A stretch of DNA of 64,000 bases from Cyanophora paradoxa CCMP329 (lineage: Eukaryota > Plantae > Glaucophyta). A program made the position numbers and the translations under genes. The notes under the pieces were generated by a model. It did not search any database, was not told the origin of the DNA, and saw nothing but the letters and a program-made list of their open reading frames with translations. The DNA lies in NCBI GenBank assembly GCA_004431415.1, contig QPMI01000089.1, forward strand, positions 1 through 64,000. Direction: 5' to 3'. This document shows positions 20,681 through 30,553 of the stretch, in pieces. Position 1 is the stretch's first letter; each line of letters starts with the position of its first letter.

Positions 20681-21424
20681 TTGATGGATGAGTCTCAAGA
20701 ACTCGCAAAGTTCCAGCCGGGAGAAATGAGGGTTCCTTTTAAGGCCCTGTTTATTTCAAAGTCTAATAGCGGCAAATCCTTCTATTGCACCAAGCATCTG
20801 CTGCGGCTGCTCTATCCAAAGATTAATCGAGTCGTCGTGTTTACAGCCACCAAATTCAATGGTGAATACGAAGCAATAACAAAAGAGCTTTACGATGATT
20901 TTCAACCTGCCATTGTTGCAGAAATCATTGATTCACAGCGCGCTCTAATCGAAAACAAAAAGAAAGCGCCGCAGATATTACTTGTATTGGACGATCTAGT
21001 TGCCGCCTCTGAAACTCTTGATCTCCGAAATAGCAAGGCCGTTAATCGACTTTTTACGCAGGGTCGACATTTTAATATCAGTACGATTCTTATGACCCAA
21101 AAATTGACTGCTCTTAGTCAATCTATAAGATCGAACTCCGACTATTGTTTTTTCTTCAGTTACTCTAATCATACTGAACTCGAGGCAATTTATAGAGAGT
21201 TTAGTCATCTCCCGAAAGACGAATTTATTGCTTTGTTCCAAACTTGGGCTCACGATTATCAGTGCCTAGTCCTTGATGGGACCAAATACGATACGGCCTG
21301 GTACGTTGATAAAGCTGTTGAAGATAAGAGTTTTCGCTTTACAAAATGGCTTAAGAATGAAGAAGAGCCTAAGAAAGAATCGCCTGTTATCTATAAAAAG
21401 AGGCGTTTTAAAATCTTATCTTAA
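20681..21424 (+). CDS. A32-like DNA packaging ATPase
   Basis: Walker A SKSNSGKS, Walker B LLVLDD, GRHFNIS...TQ, IRSNSDY. Confidence 0.92.
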   Translation: MMDESQELAKFQPGEMRVPFKALFISKSNSGKSFYCTKHLLRLLYPKINRVVVFTATKFNGEYEAITKELYDDFQPAIVAEIIDSQRALIENKKKAPQILLVLDDLVAASETLDLRNSKAVNRLFTQGRHFNISTILMTQKLTALSQSIRSNSDYCFFFSYSNHTELEAIYREFSHLPKDEFIALFQTWAHDYQCLVLDGTKYDTAWYVDKAVEDKSFRFTKWLKNEEEPKKESPVIYKKRRFKILS

Positions 21425-21433
21425 GAACAGAAG

Positions 21434-22072
21434 ATGGCAAGAGGCATTCCTAAGAAGGGATATCGTGAAAGACGCAAGGTTAATCCTATAGAGCCAAATG
21501 CTCCACTGATTGAAAGCGGCTCAACTGAGGGCGCAGCTGTTGCTGATCCTAGCGGTGAGCTAGCTAGTGACCCCCGTCTAAATGCACCTGTAGCTAAAAC
21601 GATTGCCTCCGCAGCTGCTAATGCCAGTGCGGTTGACGACCGCCACGCCCAGGCTAAAATCGTTACTGAAATTCAGTCCGATATCGATGAGGATGCAGCC
21701 CGGATCATTCGTGCGATGGCGTCTGAACCGAGATACTCCGGTCCAAAAATCAAGACAGCAACAGTATCAAAGAGTCAGATCGAGGAACTAACAGCTAAAT
21801 TGCGAGATCTCGAGGCTCGATCGGCTAATATCGAATCGTATGTAAAAGAGAAGCAAGAGAGAGCGAAGATCCGCGAGATGTTGCGCAGCGAGATGTTTAA
21901 ACATAGACCTATGGACGTACCAGATTTACGCTATCTCAAAAACGAAAAAGAGAAGGCTTCACAAGCTCTTGATGATGCAGCTGTAAAACCTGCTACCCCC
22001 AATGTTTTCGAGCCAAACGCTATTGGGTCACAACTGAAGGGAGCTCTTGGTGGTCGGAGGATTCGGTTGTGA
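21434..22072 (+). CDS. Conserved hypothetical coiled-coil protein
   Basis: TAKL.DLEA.S...E.YV.EK.ERAK..EMLR.E shared with 48604-49338. Confidence 0.75.
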   Translation: MARGIPKKGYRERRKVNPIEPNAPLIESGSTEGAAVADPSGELASDPRLNAPVAKTIASAAANASAVDDRHAQAKIVTEIQSDIDEDAARIIRAMASEPRYSGPKIKTATVSKSQIEELTAKLRDLEARSANIESYVKEKQERAKIREMLRSEMFKHRPMDVPDLRYLKNEKEKASQALDDAAVKPATPNVFEPNAIGSQLKGALGGRRIRL

Positions 22073-22580
22073 AATTCAGACGCAGAAATGGACGGTCCCC
22101 GGCGGAAGTTTGATCAAGGGCATAGGTGTCTCTGGCTTTAGCAGCGGCTTCAGTAGTGGTAAAGTAGCCGATCGACTTTTTGCGCCCATTCATATGATAG
22201 TATGCTTGCCATTTACCACGCTGCTGATGGAACGATACACCAATGAAACCGCTGCTGTTATTGCGCTGCTGTCCACGATTCAAATTCTGCTGCCGCTTTG
22301 ATGCCAGTCGAAGATTTTCGCGACGATTATCTTTTGGATCGTTGTTGATATGATCGATAGTTAAACCGTTTTCGAGTTCGCCGCTGATGAAGTTATGCAT
22401 TCTTACCTTCTTACCATTGATGATGGTTCTGACATATTCATTATCTAAACTCCAGCGGAATCCAAGAACACGTAGAGCATCATCCTGACTAACTAGAGCG
22501 TAGGCAACAATTACTCGACGATGATTCCGGATACCACCAAGCGGGATTGCCACAGCGCCTTCAGGAACTACGATCTCCAT
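22020..22580 (-). CDS. HNH endonuclease with AP2 domain (second copy)
   Basis: IDHINNDPKDNRRENLR plus AP2; paralog of 8236-8763. Confidence 0.9.
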   Translation of the reverse strand: MEIVVPEGAVAIPLGGIRNHRRVIVAYALVSQDDALRVLGFRWSLDNEYVRTIINGKKVRMHNFISGELENGLTIDHINNDPKDNRRENLRLASKRQQNLNRGQQRNNSSGFIGVSFHQQRGKWQAYYHMNGRKKSIGYFTTTEAAAKARDTYALDQTSAGDRPFLRLNFTTESSDHQELPSVVTQ

Positions 22581-22612
22581 GTCTCTCTTTACAATCTGAG
22601 ATTGAGATCTCT

Positions 22613-22885
22613 TTAAGACAAGTCAAAATCGGGCAAATCCGGAAGATCCTCCACAGTTGGTTTCCTCTCTCGCTCTGCAAAGTCAAGCATACCGTTTACT
22701 GTTGCCAGATCATTTGATTGACAAATTTCAAAAGCACGCTGCAATTCACGTTTGTCGTACTCACGAAGATGCGGCCAAGATAACAACCATTCCGCATATT
22801 TTGGGTCGCTAAAAACTACTTTAAGATGAGTTTCACCGCGGTACTTCCCAAATCGAATTGTTCCTGCGGGCATTATTTGAATCAT
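22613..22885 (-). CDS. Small protein with FGKYRG motif (ExoX C-terminal-like)
   Basis: IRFGKYRGE...DPKYAEWLL. Confidence 0.65.
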   Translation of the reverse strand: MIQIMPAGTIRFGKYRGETHLKVVFSDPKYAEWLLSWPHLREYDKRELQRAFEICQSNDLATVNGMLDFAERERKPTVEDLPDLPDFDLS

Positions 22886-22982
22886 ATCTCGGATTTTATG
22901 TTCGGAATTTAACGCAACACAAACCTGCGATTTATGCCATAAAAAGATTTCGTACCTTGTTTGTGACGAGAAAACCAAAGAA

Positions 22983-23258
22983 ATGGATGTTGAATCATCA
23001 ACTAAACAGCGTGGTCGCAAACCAATTGTTGTAACCCCTGAAATCGCTGCTGCACGAAAAGCAAAGCGTGCTGAGAGCCATCGCCGTCGTTACAATGAAG
23101 ATCCAGAATTTCGCAGACGACACATAGAAGCCAGCTCGAGGTACCAGCAGAACAACAGCGAGAATCATCTAGAGGCAAATCGTCGCTATCGCAGTCGAAT
23201 TTACGAAAAGTTAGCCCTGCTAGAGTCTCTCCAACAATGTGTTGTTATAGCTCTTTGA
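22983..23258 (+). CDS. Small basic putative DNA-binding protein
   Basis: RGRKP and RRY.EDPEFR; similar to E2 proteins at 50960 and 51358. Confidence 0.6.
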   Translation: MDVESSTKQRGRKPIVVTPEIAAARKAKRAESHRRRYNEDPEFRRRHIEASSRYQQNNSENHLEANRRYRSRIYEKLALLESLQQCVVIAL

Positions 23259-24381
23259 CTAGCCTTCTGGTCTTTGTTCTCTCTAATATTCCACCAGGGT
23301 TTAACTTGACAGTTCCAGCTGTCGCAAGTTGCTTTTGAAGGCGAAGCAGCCTCTTATTTTTTTCTATGTCCACTCGATCTAAGTTCTCTCGCATCAGATT
23401 TAGCTCCTTCTTTCGTCGTTGCATTGCTCTCTGTGCTGCATTTCCCGCACGACGTTCCTCTGAATCTGCAGCTACTTTCATTAGTCGCTGGTAGTTCACC
23501 GCTTTGTTGTAGCCCGAAAGCGTAAATTTGAGCAGCGGTCCAAAGCCACCTATCTCCATAATCGTATAGATTTCTTTTGAATACGTCGGCTTTGAAGATT
23601 TGTCGAAACGTTTTTTCTCTAGCTGCACCCGCACGCGATCGCCTACTTTAAATTCGACCTCCTTCAGGTAGTGTTGCTGCTCGTAGACCTCTCGCTGATA
23701 ATCGTTGCGTGCAATTGTCTCCTTCGGATTCTCTGCTGCAGCGTTTGGCGATGTACCAATTGACCTATGCTCTGACGAATTATAATTACGCACAAATGCG
23801 GGCAGCTTGTCGATGTACCTATCCGTGTCATATGCCTCCATATACCGTGCAATAATTCGCTTCAAAGTTCCATTAAATCTTTCTATTTTGCCGTTTGCTT
23901 GTGGTCGATGCGCTTCCACAGCATTGTGCTTGATACCCATACTCGCCAACATTGCTGCTGCGGTTCCTTTAAACTCCTGATCTGTCTGAATAATATCCGG
24001 CTTGGCTGGAAAACTATCTATGAGTTTCCGTAGTGTTGAAAGGAGTGTACTTTCGCTCTTGTTCTTCATTGGAATGCTGTAGGCTTTCCGAGTCACTACG
24101 TCCACTGCGTTCATTATAAAGTGAATACCGCGGTTTGTTCTAGCGTACGGAGTCACGTCGATTAGGTCCACCTCGAAGTATTTCTCTGCTTTGTCGTATG
24201 TTATACTTGTGAATGGTTTCTCTTTTTGCGGCCTCGCAAATCTTTGCGCTGTCGATAATTTCTCCAGCACTTCTCTAACCCTGGAAACTGGTATTTTCAA
24301 CTTCTTGGCAATACGTGTGGCAGACTGAAGCCCTATTTCTGGATCATAGTATGCCTCCTGAATTTTGGCTGATGTACTCAT
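23245..24381 (-). CDS. Retroviral-like (rve) DDE integrase
   Basis: YYDP, EVDLID, QTDQEF, NGKIERFNGTLK, YNSSEHRSIG.SP, FKVGDRVR. Confidence 0.93.
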   Translation of the reverse strand: MSTSAKIQEAYYDPEIGLQSATRIAKKLKIPVSRVREVLEKLSTAQRFARPQKEKPFTSITYDKAEKYFEVDLIDVTPYARTNRGIHFIMNAVDVVTRKAYSIPMKNKSESTLLSTLRKLIDSFPAKPDIIQTDQEFKGTAAAMLASMGIKHNAVEAHRPQANGKIERFNGTLKRIIARYMEAYDTDRYIDKLPAFVRNYNSSEHRSIGTSPNAAAENPKETIARNDYQREVYEQQHYLKEVEFKVGDRVRVQLEKKRFDKSSKPTYSKEIYTIMEIGGFGPLLKFTLSGYNKAVNYQRLMKVAADSEERRAGNAAQRAMQRRKKELNLMRENLDRVDIEKNKRLLRLQKQLATAGTVKLNPGGILERTKTRRLVKEL

Positions 24382-27300
24382 GAGGAACTGTGCTGTAATA
24401 GTCATCCGAAATTATCTTGCGCTTTGTGTATTCCGTCTTATTTAATACTCTGCTGAAAGGAATCTGGATGATTGAACTAAAGCCAATCCCTGCCTCGCGC
24501 TGCTTTCCATTCGGTTTGAAGACACGAGCAAGTTTAGACTCAATTGTGCACTCTGGCTGATACCGGTTTTCTAACATTTGTTTAAATGCTTCCAAAGCGA
24601 CCCGTGACTCGAGGTGCCCCTTCCTCATCTCCGGATCACTCGAAAGCCAGTTCTCTTCTATCCAGCTCTTCGGAATTCCTTTCGCACGCACATGCACGTC
24701 AGACTCCCCATTCGCCTTCACAAAACGACAGCAGTAAACCTTTGGGCCAACAAAGTATGCCTCCACAATTTGCCCTTGGATGTCGTAATCTAGTTTTCCC
24801 AGCTCGTTCTCGCATATCGCCCTGTTCGCCTCCTCTTCGCTCATACCCTCCAAAGAGTATGGTCGTTTCATGCAATCAGTCACCAGCTCTGCAAATTTCC
24901 TGTGCACAACAAGAGAGTCGGTGTCCGTGTAAAACGGCATGGCTTCGATGTCTTTGTAAGAGTTCATCTTTACTAGGAACCTGTCCATGATCTCGCGACT
25001 GTAGGAGAGAATAAATGCTCCAATGAAGCAGGGCTTCGACACACAAGCATCACGTTTGCTCTCTGGTACTTCGTATGTCACATACATCCGTGTTTCACTC
25101 TCAATTTCGATGTCTGTAATCGTAGACGTCCGCTGGAGCTCTTTAAATCGGCGATAATTAGAAACTAGCTCCGTGGTTTCGATCACTGCCCGCTGGGCAA
25201 ATTTGCCGTAGAGACCATTTAGTTGAATCTTTGCTGTTGCGTACTGAGCTGTGCCCTTCCTTGAACGTGCCTTCATACAATACAACTTCTCGATGTAATC
25301 TTTAAACATTCGCTCCTTGCCTTCAAATAAATACACCTCGTGAACCTCTGTTATTTCGACCCCAAGCACTATCGCCCTATAGATATCGACCGATGTATAC
25401 ATCTCTCGCTCGATCGGTTTTAGGTTCGACCACCCCAAATTCGACTCGTGGCGTGGTAGCGGAGAAAGCACAAGGTCCTGAGGAATTTTCGCACTGATGC
25501 TCGCAATGAACAGTTGCTCCATTTTTCGACTTAGCATGAACTTTCGAAAACGCTCCAAAGCCTCCGGTTCATTGATCACCTTAAATTTACCTGTCGGAAA
25601 CTGGTTAAAGTACATTGCGGTCGGATAAAGAGAGACCACATCCAGATCTACCAAGAAATCATCTGGACCCTTCGAGACAAACTTGCGTTTGAATGGCAAA
25701 CAGCGACCTCCGTAAATAGCCCTGCGAAAAACCTGATCTTCGCTATACTTTGGAAGGTGCAGCTCTGTCTTCATCAGCTGCCGGTAAATCTGAAATGCCA
25801 TTGATGAAGCTGTAAGTGTCTGCTTAGAATTCACATTAATTCCAAATAGCTCAAAGCACGTACTCGAATATTTCATGTATAGCTCCGTCATCGATCGCAC
25901 GTCGGCTCTAAGATATTCTCCCCATTCCTCCTTGTGTGTCTCAACATCTGCCCACGTCTTGATCTTGCGATGGTCAAAGTCTCCTTTGATCGTTGTGCAG
26001 CCGTAGTCCTTTCCAGCCTGTTTTAGTGAACCTTGAATATGTAGGCACGGGTCAAAACTTGTCAACTCTCCTCCTGCTGACGTCTTCCACTTCATACTCT
26101 TAATCTTGCCCGAGGAGCGCATGACGTTCACCTGGCTGTCTGGCCGATTCTCAATCAGCCATCGGTATATGAATATCAGATCAAAACCCGCACCGTTGTA
26201 AAATACTACTGTGGTCTTCTCTGCCCAATCATCCAGCCATTGCATAAATTGATTTAATGTTTCAGGACCGTAGAACATCTTGGTTCCTACAATTTCGCCC
26301 TTGCAAATTATGTCTGTGTCAACAGCATATGGAACGTGGGTCTTGCCATCGCAAGGAAATGTTTCAAAGTCCGCCCCTATCACGCTCTCCATTGCCGTAA
26401 ATTCACTCTCCTTCTCGCAAGGGGTGATCTTTCTTCCAATGACACCTTTGTTTCTGATGGCCGCAACGCATTTGTTTGTGTGATCTTCAATTGGATTGTA
26501 GGCGCAACGGCATCTAGTACAAAACTGACAAGTTACCTTGTGCCTTTCCAGTTCCAACTGCATTTTCCCGCAGGCACTGCACTTCTCCATTTCAGTTGTT
26601 CTTTTATCCTTAATCAGGTAGCAGTGCGCCTCGACAATACAAAGGTGAGCACGCTTTTCAAATCCTAGATCGGTTGCAAAAAGCGGCTTAAATTTTCCTT
26701 GCGAAAACTCAAAAACACTCGTGTCTATTCTGTAAAAACCGCTCAGCTTATTAATTGTCGGCACATCAACTGATATCAATCCTCGCCGTAGTCCTAGCTG
26801 TGTTCTAATCCCTCCATAGTCCAATCTCTGAAGCTGCTTGTAAATTCGATCTAGGCTTATTCTTCCAGGATTCAGCTTTACATATTCAAAGCACTCTAAC
26901 ACGCAATTGTCCTCTGGTGAAATCGGACAGTAGATCTTATTCATGGTCAGGGCTTTGCCGTTGAATGGGAGCTTTGGAACGTTTCCCAGTGCACCTGCAG
27001 CGTTCTCTGCAATTAGCACCTCTATTTTCACTACTGGCCAGAGGTCATTGTCTTCGTATGGCTGTTGCGCTAGCATCCATTGTTCCATCTTTTCAGCCAA
27101 GTTTGACAACAGCGAGTGCATTGTGCCCTCTTCGATTGTTGCAAGTTGAGTGCGATACATGCGAAAGTTATCGAAATGAAAGCGAATTAGGACGCTTGAT
27201 CCAATCCTCGCTGGCACTCGCAGCTCTCTCAGAAACACGATCGTGATCTCTTTCACTCGCTCAGGCATTGGAGTCGGTTCAATATCCAAAACATCCTTGG

Positions 27301-27670
27301 TAAATAACAACCCCGGATATGCATAGTGGGCATAATTTAACACGGTATCGCCTCGACCACTCTCGCGAAACAAATTCGAGATCCCATACTCAACAATATC
27401 ATCAAACTCTCGCGTGGTTGCAATTCGAGCATTGCGTTCGCTATCAAAATGTCTTGTTATCCATGCCTCGTACAAAGGGCGCTGCGGCCGGTTCGTCTGC
27501 CTAAGTCTGAGCAATGTCGCTAGATTTGCTCGAAGATTTTGTGTGTGGGTTCCCCTCTGTGGGTCTGCTAGCCGCAACAGTGTGTTCAAATATGTTCCGT
27601 TAATGTACCTAAGAGTGTGTAGCTCCTGCGCAAGGCTCCGAATTTCCGCTCTCAGATTGTTCCTGTCCAT
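24344..27670 (-). CDS. Protein-primed family B DNA polymerase
   Basis: ExoI ADFET, ExoII YNGAGFD, ExoIII YLRADV, YGGR, motif A DVVSLYP, motif B KIQLNGLYGKF, motif C YTDTDS, KVY, KG. Confidence 0.95.
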   Translation of the reverse strand: MDRNNLRAEIRSLAQELHTLRYINGTYLNTLLRLADPQRGTHTQNLRANLATLLRLRQTNRPQRPLYEAWITRHFDSERNARIATTREFDDIVEYGISNLFRESGRGDTVLNYAHYAYPGLLFTKDVLDIEPTPMPERVKEITIVFLRELRVPARIGSSVLIRFHFDNFRMYRTQLATIEEGTMHSLLSNLAEKMEQWMLAQQPYEDNDLWPVVKIEVLIAENAAGALGNVPKLPFNGKALTMNKIYCPISPEDNCVLECFEYVKLNPGRISLDRIYKQLQRLDYGGIRTQLGLRRGLISVDVPTINKLSGFYRIDTSVFEFSQGKFKPLFATDLGFEKRAHLCIVEAHCYLIKDKRTTEMEKCSACGKMQLELERHKVTCQFCTRCRCAYNPIEDHTNKCVAAIRNKGVIGRKITPCEKESEFTAMESVIGADFETFPCDGKTHVPYAVDTDIICKGEIVGTKMFYGPETLNQFMQWLDDWAEKTTVVFYNGAGFDLIFIYRWLIENRPDSQVNVMRSSGKIKSMKWKTSAGGELTSFDPCLHIQGSLKQAGKDYGCTTIKGDFDHRKIKTWADVETHKEEWGEYLRADVRSMTELYMKYSSTCFELFGINVNSKQTLTASSMAFQIYRQLMKTELHLPKYSEDQVFRRAIYGGRCLPFKRKFVSKGPDDFLVDLDVVSLYPTAMYFNQFPTGKFKVINEPEALERFRKFMLSRKMEQLFIASISAKIPQDLVLSPLPRHESNLGWSNLKPIEREMYTSVDIYRAIVLGVEITEVHEVYLFEGKERMFKDYIEKLYCMKARSRKGTAQYATAKIQLNGLYGKFAQRAVIETTELVSNYRRFKELQRTSTITDIEIESETRMYVTYEVPESKRDACVSKPCFIGAFILSYSREIMDRFLVKMNSYKDIEAMPFYTDTDSLVVHRKFAELVTDCMKRPYSLEGMSEEEANRAICENELGKLDYDIQGQIVEAYFVGPKVYCCRFVKANGESDVHVRAKGIPKSWIEENWLSSDPEMRKGHLESRVALEAFKQMLENRYQPECTIESKLARVFKPNGKQREAGIGFSSIIQIPFSRVLNKTEYTKRKIISDDYYSTVPHEYISQNSGGIL

Positions 27671-27837
27671 TATGAATAGGTCTCTACAATATTGGCTGAC
27701 CGAAAACTTTTTGCGATTTAATCGCGCACAATCTCTGATTGCTAGTATGAGTGCGAGAAACCTTTAAGCCATGCAACTAACTGCAAGACTTGTCTCCGGC
27801 TAGCAATCAGCGCACTATCAGCGCACTATCAGCGCCA

Positions 27838-28605
27838 ATCTTTTGTGTGTCACGTATCTCGCCACGTCACAGCGTCACGTCACGGCGTCCGCAAAGTTTT
27901 CTCGCCAACTTGACCCTCCGAATTAAAACAATTAAAACAATTAAAACAAAAGAAAAGCTCCAAAGGCAGAAACTTCTGAGCCTGCAGTCTGACGGATCTA
28001 ACCGGTACCTGTTTCGTCGACTGACCGCTGAGCTTGCAAAATAATTAAATTGGGCTTGCGACTTTTCTATTTCCAAAGTTCAACAATTGCAGGCTTTTTC
28101 AGAGTTCAAGCTTGTCCACAACCCCGGTCGTGCACCTCCAGGCTCTCACCGCGCAGCCTCGCTAGCTTGCAGCGGTTATAGCTAGCTGATGATGTACGAA
28201 TCGCTTTCCCGGTCCGTCCGTAAGCGCAGGGCGCATCGATGTGATGAAAGCGTCGTTTGGACGTGAGCTTGTCCACAAACCCGGTCCTGTTAATTTCGCA
28301 ACTAATTGTGCTTTTCATCAATTTTCAGAGAGTCAGAGCTCACTCGGCTGATAAAGTCATAGCTCTGGGTCTAGCGGTCCTAGCCGGAGCGCTCTAGCTC
28401 CGAACCGACTAGGCGACTGCATCCAACCGGTCAACCGTCCAACCGGCCAGCGTTAAGTTTAAACTTGAAACTTGTGATCTTTTGTGTGACACGTATCTCG
28501 CCGTTTTCTCGCCACGTCACAGCGTCACGTCACGGCGTCCGCAAAGTTTTCTTAGGAACTTGACCCTCCGAATTAAAACAATTAAAACAATTAAAACAAA
28601 AGAAA
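27838..28605. repeat. About 120-bp direct repeat pair (27838-27955, 28477-28605) upstream of polB
   Basis: Near-identical copies with ACGTCAC motifs and (AATTAAAAC)x3. Confidence 0.85.
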
Positions 28606-28629
28606 GGTAAAGTCATCGACACATCTCCA

Positions 28630-29056
28630 GAGGCCGCAGCAGACCGCTCTGGGGGCCCGTCCTTACGTGCGGCTATAGCTTAACGCTTTTTCCTCGTTTA
28701 GCTTCTCTGTACACATCAATTACATCTAGCTAGAGCTTAACACGTTTCCTCGTTTAGCTTCTCTGTACTCATTAATATCGCCTAGCCTATTCTGCCACGT
28801 TGTTCTACAGACCGCGCTCAAGGGGGCAGCGCTCCTCTTCGTCTATTCTAGTTGTCAGCTCTGCCCTGAATAGTCGTTAGATATTTCTTTGTTAAGACTC
28901 CGACCCGAGTCTGGTAGACCTGGGAATTTGAGTCTCGTAGACGTACAAGGTGAATTAACTGAAGAGGGGCTGGAGGTATACACTGGAAACGCATGGAATC
29001 GGGGGCAATGGAGCGAAGCGGAATTGCCCGGGTGTGAGGTCCATGCGTATACAACA
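28630..29056 (-). repeat. E1 right TIR
   Basis: Reverse complement of 6534-6960. Confidence 0.95.
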
Positions 29057-29435
29057 AACAATAGTATACACATTTGAGATGTAGACAAATCCTTCCGCGC
29101 GCTTTGCAGATGCGCCGGGCCGCGAGGACCCAGCCGACCCCGAAAATTCGATCCTTGACGAACCTGCCCATCTTTCCGCGCGCCCTCGCATCCTCACGCA
29201 TGCCCATCCCTACAGAATTCATTTGAGAGCTTTTCCAAGCTTTGCGCAAGCACTGTGGGGGCGAAAGAGCACAAGAACCCAGCCGACGCCAAAATTTCGA
29301 TCCTGCACTGGCCTGCACATATTTCCGTGCGCCCTCGCCTCTGCAGCCCTCCACATTGATATTATATGCATTCGAGGTACTTTGCAAGAGATTCGTAAGC
29401 TCTCCAAATGCGCCTGGCCACAGGAACCTCGCTCC
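29057..29435 (+). repeat. Continuation of the host repeat unit split by E1
   Basis: Joins in register with 6481-6533 to rebuild the unit seen at about 4490-4680. Confidence 0.9.
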
Positions 29436-30553
29436 TCCCCTTAATGATGACGAGCTCGAGCTCGAGGTGAGATCTAGGGGGGAAAGGTATATATATGTAT
29501 ATTTCCCTCTAGATCTCACCTCGATCTCGCAATCGATCTCCCCTCGAGCTCGAGTCTCACCTCGAGCTTGAGCTATTTGTTTTCCCCCTCTAGATCTCAC
29601 CTCGAGCTCAAGCTCCACCGACCAATATATATATATATATATGGCGGCAATGAATTCGAATAGGAGGCGGCGGGCCGGGGGGGCTTCGAGAAAGCCCAAC
29701 CTTTCGCACACGCAAGCTTAAGAACCCACGGCTCGGCGGTGTACATGTACATGTAGAGGCGCGGCGAAGAGCTGCAACGTTAACGGCCTGGAGCGGAAGC
29801 GCGGCGCGCAGCCGCCGCCGGGCCGGGCGCCCTGCCAGGCTGGCTCGCCGGGCGGAGCTCAGCCTCGGATCCGGAGCTCAGCGGCCTGGCGGCATGACTT
29901 GGTGGATGGTGAGGAGGCGCCAGGGACGGCGGCGCGGCTCGCCGGACGGAGCGGAGGCGCTCGGGGCAGCCGCCGGGCGCCATGGCGCGCCGGGTGGGGC
30001 GCAGCCTCGGAGCGCGGCGGCCTCGCGACGTGGCTCAACGGCTTGGCCGACGGAGCGGAGGCCCCAAGGGCGGCGGCGAGGCTCTCAGGGCGGAGGGTTG
30101 CAGCTCGCGGCCGGATGCTTGGCGGGCAGCCGCGGGCCATGGCGGAGCAGAGGATCGGAACGCTCGGGCGAGGCGGACCCGCAGGCTATAGCTAGGCACT
30201 GCGGCACAGAGGCGGCGGATCCGGAGCGGCGTGCAGCCTACGGTGCAGGGCCAGGTCTACGCCTACGTATATAATACCGAGCGCTGCCCACTTAGCCTCA
30301 TTGACGCTAAGACAGACTCTCTGAGACAGGGAGGCTGAGATAGCAGGCATGCATTGGCAGGGCTTACCACACGTGAGTGTGGGCTTGTTTCATAAACTTC
30401 AAAGATTTCTTTCAAATTTAAATCGGTCTCACCGAACTCTCCAGATGCTCGATGCGTTTCTGGCCATTCATTACTATGCTCCGGAACTCTTCAGACAATC
30501 GTTTATTTTCCACCTGTTTTTACGTCAGCGCGATTCTAGATTTTTACGTCAAT

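Larger units (their letters stand above)
6534..29056. mobile_element. Integrated Polinton-like virus E1 (22.5 kb), apparently complete
   Basis: 427-bp TIRs, 5'-TG...CA-3', TSD AACAAT (6528-6533 and 29057-29062); pPolB, rve integrase, MCP, A32 ATPase, pentons. Confidence 0.95.

Noticed and set aside
6534-29056. Classification as a canonical Maverick or virophage
   Set aside because: No adenain/Ulp1-type protease recognised and the MCP is not evidently virophage-type; left as Polinton-like pending phylogeny.
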